Shown piece after piece: positions 38,301 to 51,215 of a stretch of DNA of 64,000 nucleotides. The stretch is from Azolla caroliniana (lineage: Eukaryota > Plantae > Polypodiophyta). Location: the NCBI GenBank assembly GCA_043228905.1, contig JBHGNT010000011.1, positions 7,812,001 to 7,876,000 on the forward strand, written 5' to 3'. Below the pieces are notes generated by a model, which did no database searches, was not told the origin of the DNA, and saw only the letters and a program-made list of their open reading frames with translations. Every line of letters begins with the position of its first letter. Positions within the stretch are counted from its first letter, which is position 1. Both the position numbers and the translations under genes were made by a program.

Positions 38301-39983
38301 TGAGTGCGCTTCGTGCTTCATTATGAACATTCCGCCGCAGTCGCCGTAGTCGGAGTTCGTGGTGTAATTTGTTAGTTGTCGGCCTTGCTCATGCTTCTTA
38401 TTCCGACACTCCTCTTCGTAGTGGTCGGGTTTTCCGCAATACCTGCACTCAACTGGGTTCCTATGGTTGTTTGGTCCGGCGTGATGACTCCCCCTTTCGC
38501 CGAACTCTCTGGGGTCGTTTCTATCCGCTTGCCATTGGTGGGAGTTACGCTCTTGGTTGTGTTGGCCTTGGTCGAATCAACCTCTCCTTCCGCGACTTTG
38601 TCCTCTTCCTCCATCAAAGTTCGAATATAGCATTTGTCCATCATGCGCGTTGTTCCTTTGACGCACGTGATTCTCTTCGACTAGCAACAATGATTGGAGA
38701 TAAAAAAAGGAGGGAGAATTCTCTCTCGTGAGAATGGCCGATCTTATTGCGCCAAAACGCGGTGCCAAGCATCGAGGCATATCTGCACCATTTCTTCGTC
38801 GTCAATGCTAACATTGATCGATCCAAGGGCATCACACAACTCCTTGATCTTTAAGGTGTAGTTGCTGATTGACATGTCCCTTTGTTGAAGATTGTTCAGC
38901 TCTTGTTGAAGATTGTTCAGCTCTTGTCGAAGTTGGAGCTTTCGTGCGGCTGTATTGGCTGCAAAAATCTTCTTGAGGTTTTCCCACACTTGCTTCGGCG
39001 GTTTAGCCTCTCGAATGTAGCCAAGCATATGATCATGAACGCATGATGCGAGGCAATACAACACATGGCTTGTGGCCTGCTCCCAAGCGGGATAGTCAGC
39101 GTGTGTTGGGTTGGGGTGTGATTCGTGAGCTCCTTCGATGTAGCTCCAGTAGCTTTGTCCAACAAGGTATTGATGCATCTTGTATTCCCAAGATGCAAAG
39201 TTCGTTCTATCGAGCTTCTCGGTAGGAAGAGCGCTTCCCATTTGAGTATTCATTGTGATTTCTTCTCTGTCGATGGGCCGGTTCTGTTGATCGTTGGCAT
39301 GCAACACAACACAGTCGAAAATGCTTGATCAGGCAACCACACGCTCTGATACCATGTAATGAAATGAAGGCAAGAGTGATTGCAATGCAGTGGAAGATCA
39401 TTGAGAGAGAGAGTGTGTGTGTGTGTGGCAATAGAGGGGGGGGGGGGGGGGGAGAGAGAGAGAGATCTTGAGACAAAGATAGAAAAACTAAATTGTGTAT
39501 TAACCAAAAATACATCAAAACATAAAACGTCCAATAGTAACTAAGTTACAAGGGGTTGGTTTAAATACCAACTGAGCTAGGGCAAGTGCCCTTTCTACTA
39601 TTTACAAAACTAGCTTGGTATGTCCATGAGCTAGTGTGAAGCCTATCTATGGGAAGTTGAGTTCGATTCTCAACAAGGATAAACAAAGGAAAAGCCAAAA
39701 GTATTTTGAGATCTTCCCCTAAATTACATTACTAATGGAGTGGGTGCTAAATTCATTAGGCCATTGTAAATTGTGTTATTGGTTGATCTTGAGATTATCA
39801 CGTTCCACTACAAAGATAATGTTATGGGTAGTAACTTGTGCAGAAATAATCCATCTCTTCTCTCATTTTTTTCTCATAAATCTATGTTTGTATTAAAACA
39901 AGATAATAATACAAAATTGAAAGAATCAAGTAAGTGATTCTGTGTAGCGGAAATTAATCAGAAAAGTGTGTGTGTGCCCAGAT

Positions 39984-40052
39984 GGATGTAGCTCAGTTGG
40001 TAAGGTTGCCCAATGGAGACCAGATTGTCATGGGTTCAAGCCCCTACATTCC
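39984..40052 (+). other. tRNA-derived (SINE head-like) sequence with Pol III A and B boxes
   Basis: A box TAGCTCAGTTGG 39989-40000; B box GGTTCAAGCCC 40033-40043; no convincing anticodon arm. Confidence 0.55.
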
Positions 40053-40209
40053 ACAGTGGCATTTAGTGAATTAAGAGATATATAAGAAGTATATAATAGA
40101 GAGGTGAAGAAGTTGGGTTTCAAACCGAGAACGTAGTGCTTGTAGTGCTAACAACTTACAACTAGGGTAAGGTAATCACGAAATAAAAAAAAGAGAGAGA
40201 TAGAGGGGT

Positions 40210-40972
40210 GTAATGCATTATTAGATGAGGAGTTTTTGGATATCCAGAGTCAATTGCATGTTATTATTTCTCAGTTGCAATGCCAAAGTTATCGTTATGC
40301 TAAGACGCGACAACTCAGGGATGGGCTCATAGATAATCAATGTCAATCTAATTTGTTTTTCCAAACGTTACATCCTACTTATACTTAATCTAATATGGTA
40401 CATTTGAAGCAAGGGGATGCATTTGTAGTGGATCATGCTACAATACTTGACATATGTGTTCAGTACTTTAAGGAGTTGATTGGCCCACAATTGTTAATGA
40501 CAAATGAGGTGAGTAGAGCACGCCATGAGTTTTATGATGTGGTTGGATGTATTATGCACGACCTCATTAGTCATGCATTGGATGCAGATTTCACTGAGGA
40601 TGAGGTGGACACGGTTTTAAGGCATCTTCCTAGTGGTAAGAGCCCTGGTTGGGATGGCTTGACAAAGGAAGTTTTTAAGCGATATTCGAACATTTTAAAG
40701 GGGTCCTTAACCTTGATGTTTCAACATTGTTGAGATTTTGGTTGTATGCCTCAAGCTTGGAATGTTGGTCTAATTAAATTAGTTCCAAAGGTGGCATCTC
40801 CCGAGTCATTTTATCAATGGAGACCTATTTCTTTGATGGGGGGGTCGTGTAAGATATTTTCTAAGGTCTTGGCAAATAGATTACAAAAGTATTTGCCAAA
40901 GTTGGTACATCCCGCCCAACATGGTTTTATTGCAGGTAGGAATATATTGCATAATGTATTAAATGTTCAAAT
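40210..40972 (+). mobile_element. LINE (L1-like) ORF2 reverse-transcriptase fragment
   Basis: KSPGWDGLTKEVF, GLIKLVPK, WRPISLMG..KIFSKVLANRL, QHGFIAGRNILHNV are typical non-LTR RT N-terminal motifs; internal stop; cut by an LTR at ~40973. Confidence 0.88.
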
Positions 40973-42469
40973 GGTTAGGAATATGTCCCTCTTGTGGGAG
41001 GAGTCGACTGTTCGATTGAGTAAGGGCCGAGAGTCGATGGCAAGGAGTAGCCGACTGGTCAGGCTGAGAGCTGACAATCAAAAACATGGAGAGTCGATAG
41101 TAGATGATTCAAGTTGAGGATAAGACCAACTAGTCGGGCCGACTGGACAGTCGACTCACAGGGAGTCGGCTAGTCAAATCGACTAGTTGATCAGTTGGTT
41201 GATTAACGATTATTGTTATTAACAACTATTATTATTATTAATAATAATAACAGTTACATTTGTAAATAGCCCATATTGTGTATAAGTATAAATACACCTA
41301 TGGCAAACATAATGTATGTGTATGTGTAGAACAAAAAGAGTAGAATACAACGAAGTGTTATGTAGATAGAGAGAGAGTGAGAGAGAGAGTGGCGGTAGAG
41401 TTCAAAGAACTTGCCAAGAGCCCTAAGGGTTATCCTCTAAGTTTTTAGAGAGTGTTGTAACCGTTCTTTGTATTCTCTGTTGTATAGTGGATCTCTGTTC
41501 CTGACTAGTCAAGCCGACTGGACAGTCGACTCACAGGGAGTTGGCTAGTCAAATTGACTAGTCGATCAGTCAGTTGATTAACGATTATTGTTATTAACGA
41601 CTATTATTATTATTAGATAATAATAATAACAGTTACATTTGACATAAATAGACCATATTGTATATAAGTATAAATACACCTATGGCAAACATAATGTATG
41701 TGTAATGTTAGTACAAAAAGAGTAGAATACAACGAAGTGTTGTGTAGATAGAGAGAGAGTGTGTGTGTGAGAGTGGCGGTAGAGTTCAAAGAACTTGCCA
41801 AGAACCCAAAATGGTTATCCTCTAAGTTTTTAGAGAGTGTTGTAATCGTTCTTTGTATTCTCTGTTGTATAGTGGATCTCTGTTCTCGTGGTTTTCCCCA
41901 CATTTAGGGTTTCCATGTAAAACATTGTGCATTGTGCATATTTTGTCCATTTGTTCTTTCTGTTTTCGCGCGGTGTAATTCTGCATAACTTTCTCACAGT
42001 CTCCATCGCATCAAACTGGTACGAGAGCATCGAGGTGAAAGATGGAAGGAGGTGTGAGTGACTTCCCAGGAATGATGGTCCTGAACTCACACAACTATGC
42101 AGACTGGAAGATCAAAATGGAGGAACTTCTCATTGTCAAAGATCTGTATGAGCCCATCGACAGAGAACAAATACCCATGGGGGTATTGGTGTCTGAATGG
42201 AAACTCCTCAATAGAAAGGCGGTGGCCACCATCAGATAGTGCTTAGACGTAAGTGTCCTTCAGTATGTGGCCAACAACACTAATGTCTACGAGATGTGAC
42301 AAAAACTGTCAGGATTGTATGAGAGGACGAATTCCCTCAACAAAACATCTTTGATGAGAAAGATTGTAAGATTGAAGTATAGAGATGGAGAAAGCATAGT
42401 TGTGCACATCAACACATTCATGGGGCTGATAAATCAACTTGCGGCATCCAAGTTTCCCCTAGATGATGC
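40973..42469 (+). mobile_element. Copia 5' LTR (with ~375-bp internal tandem duplication), PBS and gag start; related to the intact copia
   Basis: Duplicated blocks ~41130-41500 and ~41503-41886; PBS TGGTACGAGAGC 42017-42028; gag MMVLNSHNYADWKIKMEELL similar to the 31303 ORF; cut at 42470. Confidence 0.85.
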
Positions 42470-42812
42470 TGTCGAATACTGGTCTATAATGGCCGTATTC
42501 ACATTGTCTCTTGGACAAACTAGATTTAGGATAATTCTGTAAATAGGTCAAAGGGCAGTTGCCCTAGCCCAATTAGTATATATGGGGCTTGGTAACCTAG
42601 TTTGTTGTTGTTCATCTTGGTCATTGCCTCCATTCATTTGTAACTTTGAGCTTGAATAATACATTTACATATTGTGTGCTTCGTGTTCTATCTCTCTCCC
42701 CCTCATTTTGTTATGAGATCTTGCTTTCACTTACACACTCGATGATCTTCAGTCAGGGTGCTATAGATGTTTTCACACTGACGACCTTAGTTCCCAACAT
42801 CAGGTATTAGAG

Positions 42813-43456
42813 CATAGATTGACATATTCGCATTCGTCGGGGTTCCATTCGAATGCAAGCGAATACGAATACGAATGGGTGGTCAAGTATTCGTTTGACC
42901 TCCCCCAAAAAAGAAAACTCTTTTTTTTTAAATTTCTTAGGATAAAAAAAAGGAACTTGACAATAAATAGGGATAATAAAAGAGGGACTTGGGGACTTGT
43001 CACTATTAAATTTTTATAATAAATGTATAACTTATAAGTATTTATTTTATTTTTAATAAATAAATAAAATAAAATAAAGGCTCATTAATTTCTCACTTTT
43101 TATTCCCTCAAAATTTATGGATATTTTTATCTTGTCATTAAAAGTAGTAATTCAAACTAATGATATCTTCAAAGTTCATACTAATCATATTTGTATAATA
43201 AATATAAAAATATTTGGTATTTAAAAATTAATTAATTAAAATAAGTTTCATAAACTCTCTTGCCACTATAATCTATTAATGAATAATTGTTCTTTTTTTG
43301 GTGAAATATATTTATTTAAATAAATAAATAAATTTTTTATATTTATTTTGCAAAACGAATGGTTTTTTAATATTCTTGGGGCCATTTCATATTCTCGAAT
43401 ATTGAGAATATTGCGCATGGAGAATATCACGAATATCACGCATGTGTCAATCTATG
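42813..43456. mobile_element. MITE / non-autonomous DNA transposon, 644 bp, AT-rich
   Basis: TIR CATAGATTGACA...TGTCAATCTATG; flanking direct repeat ATTAGAG (42806-42812, 43457-43463); subterminal GAATA repeats at both ends. Confidence 0.85.
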
Positions 43457-45501
43457 ATTAGAGCAGAGGTTCTTCAACTTGTTGCTAACCGTCATCAGCC
43501 TTCAACAACATTCTTGCTTTGTCTCCCTTGAAGAACTTGAGTTCAAGATCTCATCTTGAGAAGAGAAAGAAAACAGAAGATTTGCACTCTACCGAGCTAG
43601 ATCACTCTCAAGGTAAGCCAGCTGGCAACACCTTGCTTCAGTGATTGTAGCCGCTCAGAGTGGAACCTCTATCAAATCGGCCTCGATCGTGCTTTACCAG
43701 GTTAGACACTATCCACTCATTTATTGTAACCTCTCAAAGCATATCCAACTCCAAGAAACAACCCCTATTCGTGCTTCATTCGCCTAGATGACATTCGGGA
43801 GGACTAGTTGGCTCCGTCCCTCTCATCGTCGTAGTCACTCGAAGCAGGATTGGCTTGGATAATCGACACAAAATCTGTGATCAACATTTCTAAATCAGCA
43901 TCCAAAATCCAATCAATAGATTCATATCCAACTCGACTAAGTCAATCGACTGTAGTCACTTCGGATAGAATCAACCAATAATTGAAGCTGATACGAGTTG
44001 TGTTCAAATTTGACTAGAACAATATCAGGAGAGCCAGTCAACTACATCCTACCACCATTCGTAGTCGACTCCGAACATAGTCCAGTCAACAGACACAAAT
44101 GGCATCAACATCCGGCTTGTCAGAGATGAGTCTAAGGAAGTTCGATGGATCAAACTTCAATTTCTAGAAAGAGCAGATGCAAGACTATTTGATAGTCAAG
44201 AGTTAGATAGATCCAATTGAGAACGAAAATGCTCCAGAAGGATACAAGCCGAACGAATGGTAGAAGCTGGACAGAATCCGCGCCACAATTCGGATGCACT
44301 TGTCAAAGTTAGTCTACTTCACAGTGCAATTGTGTTCCACAACCTTTCAACTATGGAAGACACTCTCAGACACTTATGAGAAGAAGGTAGCCGCCACAAA
44401 GATATATATGATTCGGCGCTTGTACAACCTTTGGATGAAAGAATTCGACTCGGTCCAAGCACACTTGAACGAGTACGAAAGCTTAGGCTCCCAAATTTGT
44501 TGGGAATTCAGTCCCTCCAGATGGGATCATGAGAGATCTGGGAACCGGATTGGATGGATCCGGAAGGTATTCGGGTGGATCCGGTGGAAACCAGATCCAA
44601 GGACATCTCTATAAATATGTTTCTCATGTGCTTGTCATGGCTATATTTGTAAATAGTCCTAATTCATATAAGTATAAATATGACTTAAGGCAACCACTAG
44701 TGTGTAGATATAGTTGTTGTAGTTGTTGTCATTATTACTGTTGTATAGAGACAGGGAGAGAGAGAGAGCGTGAGATATAGAAAGCTTTTCTATTGTAACC
44801 GCTGGTTGGCAAAAACATAGAGCTTGAGGTCATTGTCTCTAAGTCTCTCTTTGTATCCTCTCCCTATAGTGATAGTTGGAGTCTGTGAGCTCCCATGTTT
44901 TTTTTCCCTATTAGGGTTTTCCACGTAAACATCTTGTGTCCTCTCTGTTTTCTATGTAAGTATATTAATCTCCATTTTTGTTTTGTTCTTCCATTGAGTT
45001 TAAGACTCGGTTGTTGTCGAGCGCTATTTCACACAAACTGGTATCGGAGCCAAAGTTCTAAACCTTGAAGAAAATGGAAGAGTCATTTGGAAGCATGTTC
45101 AAGCTCACCAGCTCCAACCACCAAGTGTGGAAGTCGAAGATGAGGGACATGCTCGTGGTCAAAGATCTCTGGCTGCCGGTACAGTTCAGGGACAAGAAAC
45201 TAGACAAGATCAATGCCACAACATGGGAGGTGATGCACATGAAGACGGCGGTATACATATGGTGCTTCATCAACATGAGCCTGTACAACAACTTCAATGA
45301 AGAAAGCAAGGCTAATGTGCTCTGGGAGAAAATCGGCACCATGCTTGAGAGTAAAAATGTCGTTAATCGGGTTTCGGTATTCCGGAAGTTAGTGAGACTC
45401 TGATACCAAGACAGATCCAACATATCGGAGCACATGAATGCATTCTAGGGGCTCATAAATCAAACAACCTCGTTGGAAGTACCTTTAGCCGACAAGGTAC
45501 T

Positions 45502-48500
45502 TGTTGGCATAAAAGGCCGACTCCTTCCAATTTGTATTCGTTTGAATGTGAACTCGTCAATAAGTTAGGGCTTAGTACATAAGCAAATACCTAACATTGT
45601 AATGAGTGATGACGATCTGTGCATTGAATCACAGTGAGAGAGTGAGAACGAAACAACAAAGCTTTCCATTAGAGCTTGCACTATGTAGATATACACCCAT
45701 TCTATTTTTCTGTCTACATTGTTTGCTGTTCAGAACCGACAACAGATCCACACATGTTTCCGCAAACTGCACTCGTTACCAACAAGTATCAGAGCGACCT
45801 TGCTACACGGCGGCAACAGACAACAGAAGAAGCTGAGAGGAAAAGGCCAAGTTAAAAATCTTACTTTCATAAAAGGAATATGGCTTCAACATCCGGAACA
45901 AGAGTTGAAATCAGAAAGTTCGACGACAAATTTTTTTCCCTATGGAAGGAGATGATGCAAGATGTGTTGATCATCCAAAGACAAGTTGAAGCCATTCGGC
46001 ACAATGAAAAGCCTGCTTCGATGATAGCAGAAGAGTGGAGATCAGTGGACGAAATAACACGATCCACCATCCGAATGCACCTAGCCGAAAACGTCTACTT
46101 CAGCATGGCGAAAGAGATGACAACGTTCTCATTGTGGGAGAAGCTATAGGCCGTTTATGAAAAGAAGTCCTCATCTTCGAAACTAATCTTGATCAAACAA
46201 CAGTTCAACATGAAGATGAGAGAGACCGATCTGGCAACCTCCCACATCAACACCTTCAGTCGGGTGTTGTCTGAGCTCTCGTCACAAGGGATGAACTTCA
46301 AAGAAGAAGTGAAAGCCCTTGCCCTCCTGTCGAGCTTGCCGATGAGTTGGGAGGTATTCTGCATGACATACGCCAATAGCTGACCAATCCTAAACTTGGA
46401 CGAAACAATCGGCCAAGTTCTCACAGAGGACATCAGGTGAAAATCGATGGGACTAACCATCGATGAGTCGGTAGAAGCCCATCACTCTCGATTGAGTCGT
46501 TCGACTGATAGAGTCGAATGAAAGAACAAGCCGATAGAACCGGTCGATGCTATAGCCGATCGAAAACAAGGGGTGACCGACAGCTGTCGAAGTCGAAAAC
46601 GGGCCGATCAAGCGAGTATTGCACACATTGCAGGAAAGCTAGCCACAATGTTTCCGACTGCTGGTCATTAAAAAGAAAAGAGAGAAGTCGGCGATCCGAG
46701 TGGAATCGAGGACGCCGACTCGGACCACTCTCCAGTTGGCAACCAGATCAACGTTGCCGACACCTGATTCGGAGAAATTCTCGCCTTAGAGGACTCAATG
46801 ATTGGAGAAGTCCTCTACAATGCACAAGTTGCACACACGTAGCTACTAGACTCTGGCGCCACATTTCACATGATCCCCAACATTGAATGGTTCTCGAACT
46901 ATTCAGCCGACACCAGTGGCACGATCCGATTGGGAAACGGGCAGGAGTGCAAGATAGCCGGAACCGGGGACGTTCCCATCAGATTGCCAAATGGCAACAC
47001 AATAACCCTACACTGAGTTCGGCACGTACCCGATCTAAAGAGGAGTCTGGTCTCCATCGGCATGTTAGCCAAAGACGGGTATCGAACGACTCTACACGAG
47101 TCGACATGGGTGATCAGCTGAGGAAACCTCAAAATCAGTAGTGGGTACAAGTATAATAATCTATACCCATTGATGGTGATCAACCCTAAAGGGGCTGTGA
47201 ACGTAGCTGAAAAGACTAACCCAAACCTATGGCATGGCCGACTTGGCCACATGTCTCAAGCCGGACTTGATCGGCTGATGTCGGTCGGCTACATCCCGAA
47301 ACTCCAAGCAAAGACGAACTTCTACGAGCATTGTCGATATGGGAAACAGACCCGAAGTCCGCACTCTCTCCACTACGAGATGGTACGACAACCCCTAGAG
47401 CTCGTGCACATAGACATATGTGGGCCCATGCCAGAGCGATCACTAGGAGGCTCCCGATACTTCATCACATTCGTAGATGACTATACACGGAAAGTTTGGG
47501 GATAATCAAGTCCAAAGATGAAGCGCTCGAGGTCTTCACTCGATGGATATCTAACGTGGAGAACTGGTCGGGATACAAAGTGAAGACACTCCGATCTGAC
47601 AACGGAGGTGAGTACACCTCCAGAGCCTTCAAACAATACCTATCCGGAAAAGGGATCCGACACCAAAAGACCGTTCCCTACACACCCATGCAAAATGGAG
47701 TGGCAGAACGGATCAACAGGATGATCCAAGAGAGGGTGACAACAATGCTCTAGCAAGCCGGACTGAAGTTGGAATTCTGGGCCGAGGCATTGCAGACGGT
47801 AGTGTACTTGATAAATCTGGCGCTATCAAAAGCAATTAGGCTTGAAGTGCCACATGCATTATGGTCAGGCAAACATCCGACCTACAATAGGCTCCGTATA
47901 TTCGGATGCGAAGCCTACGCCTTCATCCCTAGGGACAAAAGGACGAAGTTGGCACCCCATGCAACAAAGTGCATATTTCTCGGTTATGGAACCGATGGGG
48001 ACTTCGGTTACCGGCTATGGGACCCTAAGAACTGGAAATTGATTCGGAGCAGCGACGTAGTCTTCAATGAAGACTCTATCTTCTCGCAGCGGAACCAACA
48101 GAAAACAGTTGGTCAGAAGGTATCCTTCGAAGATGACAACACTGTCGTAGAAGGACCAACCCACCGGACCGAATCGGAGACTCGACAACAGTCGAACTCC
48201 TACAAGTTGCCAACTTCCTTGCTAACACCGAATTGGCAACAAGTCCTATCGTCGAACTCAAAGACAAAGTCATCAAAGACACAATTGAATCAGCCAGGAT
48301 CGATAAAGGCAAGTCACCAAGACAGAAGTGAGAAAAGAATCGACGACAACCACAGGGGAGGACAACCAGACACTATCGAAATCCCAATCTAGGGGCGGGA
48401 CACCTAATAAGACTCATGATACAGGTGGTTCAACTAATACAGATCGACCAACAGAGCTGATCGAAGGATCCGAACCAAACATCTTGGCACATAAGAGATC

Positions 48501-50485
48501 TGGACGAGCTCGAAGGCAAACAGAGTTCTACCAACCGGGCCTCGACTACGTCAACTACATGGATGCAAGCGAACCAAGCACCTATGAAGAAGCTATGGCC
48601 GCACCGGACGCCAAAACATGGCTACAAGCCATGAAATCCGAAATGAACTCGATTCATCAGAATCAGACATGGGAGCTGGTCGAACTACCAGATGGAAGGA
48701 AGCCACTACCTTGCAAATGTGTTTTCCGATACAAGTATGTATCCGACTTAGAGAAACCCAAGTACAAAGCTCGCCTTGTCGTGAAAGGATTCAAACAGGA
48801 ATACGGGGTGGACTACGATGAGATATTCTCACCATTAGTCAAGATGACCACCCTCCGACTCCTACTAGGAGTCATGGCGACAGAAGATCTAGAGCTCGAG
48901 CAGATGGACATAAAGACGACATTCCTACACGGAGATCTGGAAGAAGACATATACATGTCTCAACTGGCAGGCTTCACGGCGACGGGGGAGGACAGTCACC
49001 TCGTATGTCAACTAAAGAAAAGTCTATATGGCCTAAAACAAGCGCCGAGAATGTGGTACCAGAAGTTTGACTCCTACATACGGCAGCTTGGATACAACAA
49101 AACAAACTCCGACCCATGCATGTATGTTCGGCAACTGGCCGACGAGTCAAGGATCTATCTGATCCTATACGTCAATGACATGTTGATTGCAGGGAGCAAT
49201 CAAGCAGAGATCGGTAAGCTGAAGCGGAGCCTTCACGCAAATTTCGCGATGAAGGAACTTGGACAAGCCTGACACATACTGGGCATGAGGATAGAGCGAA
49301 ATCAGATGACCAAAACTCTCAGACTCTCCTAGTCCGAATACATCCGCAAGGTGCTGAAGCGCTTCAACATGGAGAATGCGAAGCCAGCGCCGACACCGCT
49401 TTCGATGTCGATCAGACTATCGGACAGAGACTCTCCTGCAACAGACAAGGAGAGAGAACTTAATGGAAAGATACCCTACGCATCGGCAATAGGAAGTATC
49501 ATGTACACAATGGTGGCGACCCGACCCGACCTAGCCTATGCGTAGGGGTGGTCAGCCGGTACATGTCAAACCCAGGAAAGAAGCATTGGGAGGCCGTCAA
49601 GCACATTCTTAGGTATCTAAAAGGAACCATGGATGCACAACTGACTTTCGGACTGTCAACCTCAGCCGAAGTCGAAGGCTACATCGATTTCGACTATGTC
49701 GGGAACACAGACAATCGGAAATCGACATCAGGCTACACATCTTCCCTTATGGTGGCGGTACGCTATCATGGAGGTCAAAATTTCAAGAGTGCATGGCTCT
49801 ATCTACCACAGAAGCCGAGTACATAGCAGCATCGGAAGCAGCGAAGGAAGCGATCTGGTTGCACCGACTGACTGCCGACTTCGGAACTGCAAACCGAAAT
49901 GACCGACCAACGCCGACCATCTATTGTGACTCACAGAGCACAATATACCTCATCAACAATCCCATCTATCATGCAAAGAAGAAGCACATTGAGGTGCGGT
50001 ATCATCATATCTGGGAGCTCGTAAACGAAAAGAAACTCGAAATTCGGAAGATCGACACCAAGGTGAACATTGTTGATTGCTTGACGAAGCCACTCCCAGA
50101 TCAACTCTTCGGAACACTAAGTTTGAAGATGGGGCTACGACAAGAGACCGAGCAGAAAAAAGTTGAACGAGGAGCAAAAGGTAAGAGCTGACCGACACTC
50201 ATACTATACCTCTGCCGACTTGGCTACTTGCCGACAGACTTGTAACATAAAATCTAGTTAAATTTGTAACTCGTTAATAAGTTAGGGCTTAGTACATAAG
50301 CGAATACCTAACATTGTAATGAGTGATGACGATCTATACATTGTACCACAATGAGAATGAAACAATAAAGCTTTCCATTAGAGCTTGCAATCTACGCCCA
50401 TTCTATTTTTCTGTCTCCGTTGTTTGCTGTTCAGAACCAACAACAGATCCACACACGTTTCCGTAAACCGCACTCGTTACCAACA
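45502..50485 (+). mobile_element. Degenerate near-full-length Ty1/copia nested in gag
   Basis: TSD GTACT/ATACT; 5' LTR 45502-45784, 3' LTR ~50268-50485; PBS-like AGTATCAGAGC; gag-PR-INT-RT-RH motifs 45880-50191 with many stops. Confidence 0.9.
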
Positions 50486-50669
50486 ATACTTGCGCCGCTC
50501 TTGCGCGGTTCCCTCTCGGATAGGTTGGATACACCAGTTGTCACTTTTGGCAACGCCAGGCCGGAAGGAAAACAATTGTCCGTAGAAAGGGTTAAATCAA
50601 GCTTGATGGATGAAGAAGCTCGTCGAAAGGACCGGGAGTCCGAAACCAATCCGAAGGCCTTGGTCATGG

Positions 50670-51215
50670 TGTCGTGAAGATTTTCGGCGATAGTGTGAAA
50701 CTTGTGAGGAACATATGAAATCAAGTGTGGCTCTTCTCACGAAATATAAAATAATAATAGTAAAGATACTATTTTAAATAAGTTTAATATCTTGGTACAA
50801 AAAGATGGAGGTCTTGAAGAGCTCTTGAATGCACTTTGCTACATAACAAACAGTCAACTAAGTGTGAAGTTATGTGGGTATGAAGAGCTAGTCAACTACA
50901 CTGATGCCGACTGGGCCGACGATGCAGCAGATCGCCGATCCACCTCTAGCTATATGTTTTCCGTTGGTAGCGTGGTTGTTGCGTGGAGCAGCAAAAAGCA
51001 GCCAATAGTGGCCATCTTCACACTTAGTTGACCATTTGTTATGTAGCAAAGTGCATTCAAGAGCTCTTCAAGACCTCCATCTTTTTGTACCAAGGTATTT
51101 AACTTATTTAAAATAGTATCTTCACTATTATTGTTTTATTTTTCGTGAGAAAAGCCACACTTGATTTCGTATATTCCTCACAAGTTTCACACTATCGTCA
51201 AAAATCTTCACGACA
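50670..51215. repeat. 200-bp inverted repeat (foldback) with 146-bp spacer, in the position of a gypsy 3' LTR
   Basis: Arms 50670-50869 and 51016-51215, ungapped, ~12 mismatches; the spacer encodes a copia RNase H fragment (YTDADWADDAADRRSTSSYMF...AWSSKKQPIVA). Confidence 0.95.

Larger units (their letters stand above)
28865..39675 (-). mobile_element. Full-length degenerate Ty1/copia (host of the intact copia)
   Basis: TSD AGGAT at 28860-28864 and 39676-39680; 3' LTR 28865-29249; 5' LTR 39355-39675; PBS TGGTATCAGAGC (initiator tRNA-Met) at 39343-39354; gag (LPTEKLDRTNFASWEYKMHQYL), PR, INT, RT and RH fragments with stops and frameshifts. Confidence 0.95.

Noticed and set aside
39984-40052. 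Functional tRNA gene
   Set aside because: A/B boxes are present but no proper anticodon stem-loop or acceptor geometry; kept only as tRNA-derived.
50792-51031. 79-aa ORF as a standalone gene
   Set aside because: Chimera of the inverted-repeat arm and a short copia RNase H fragment.
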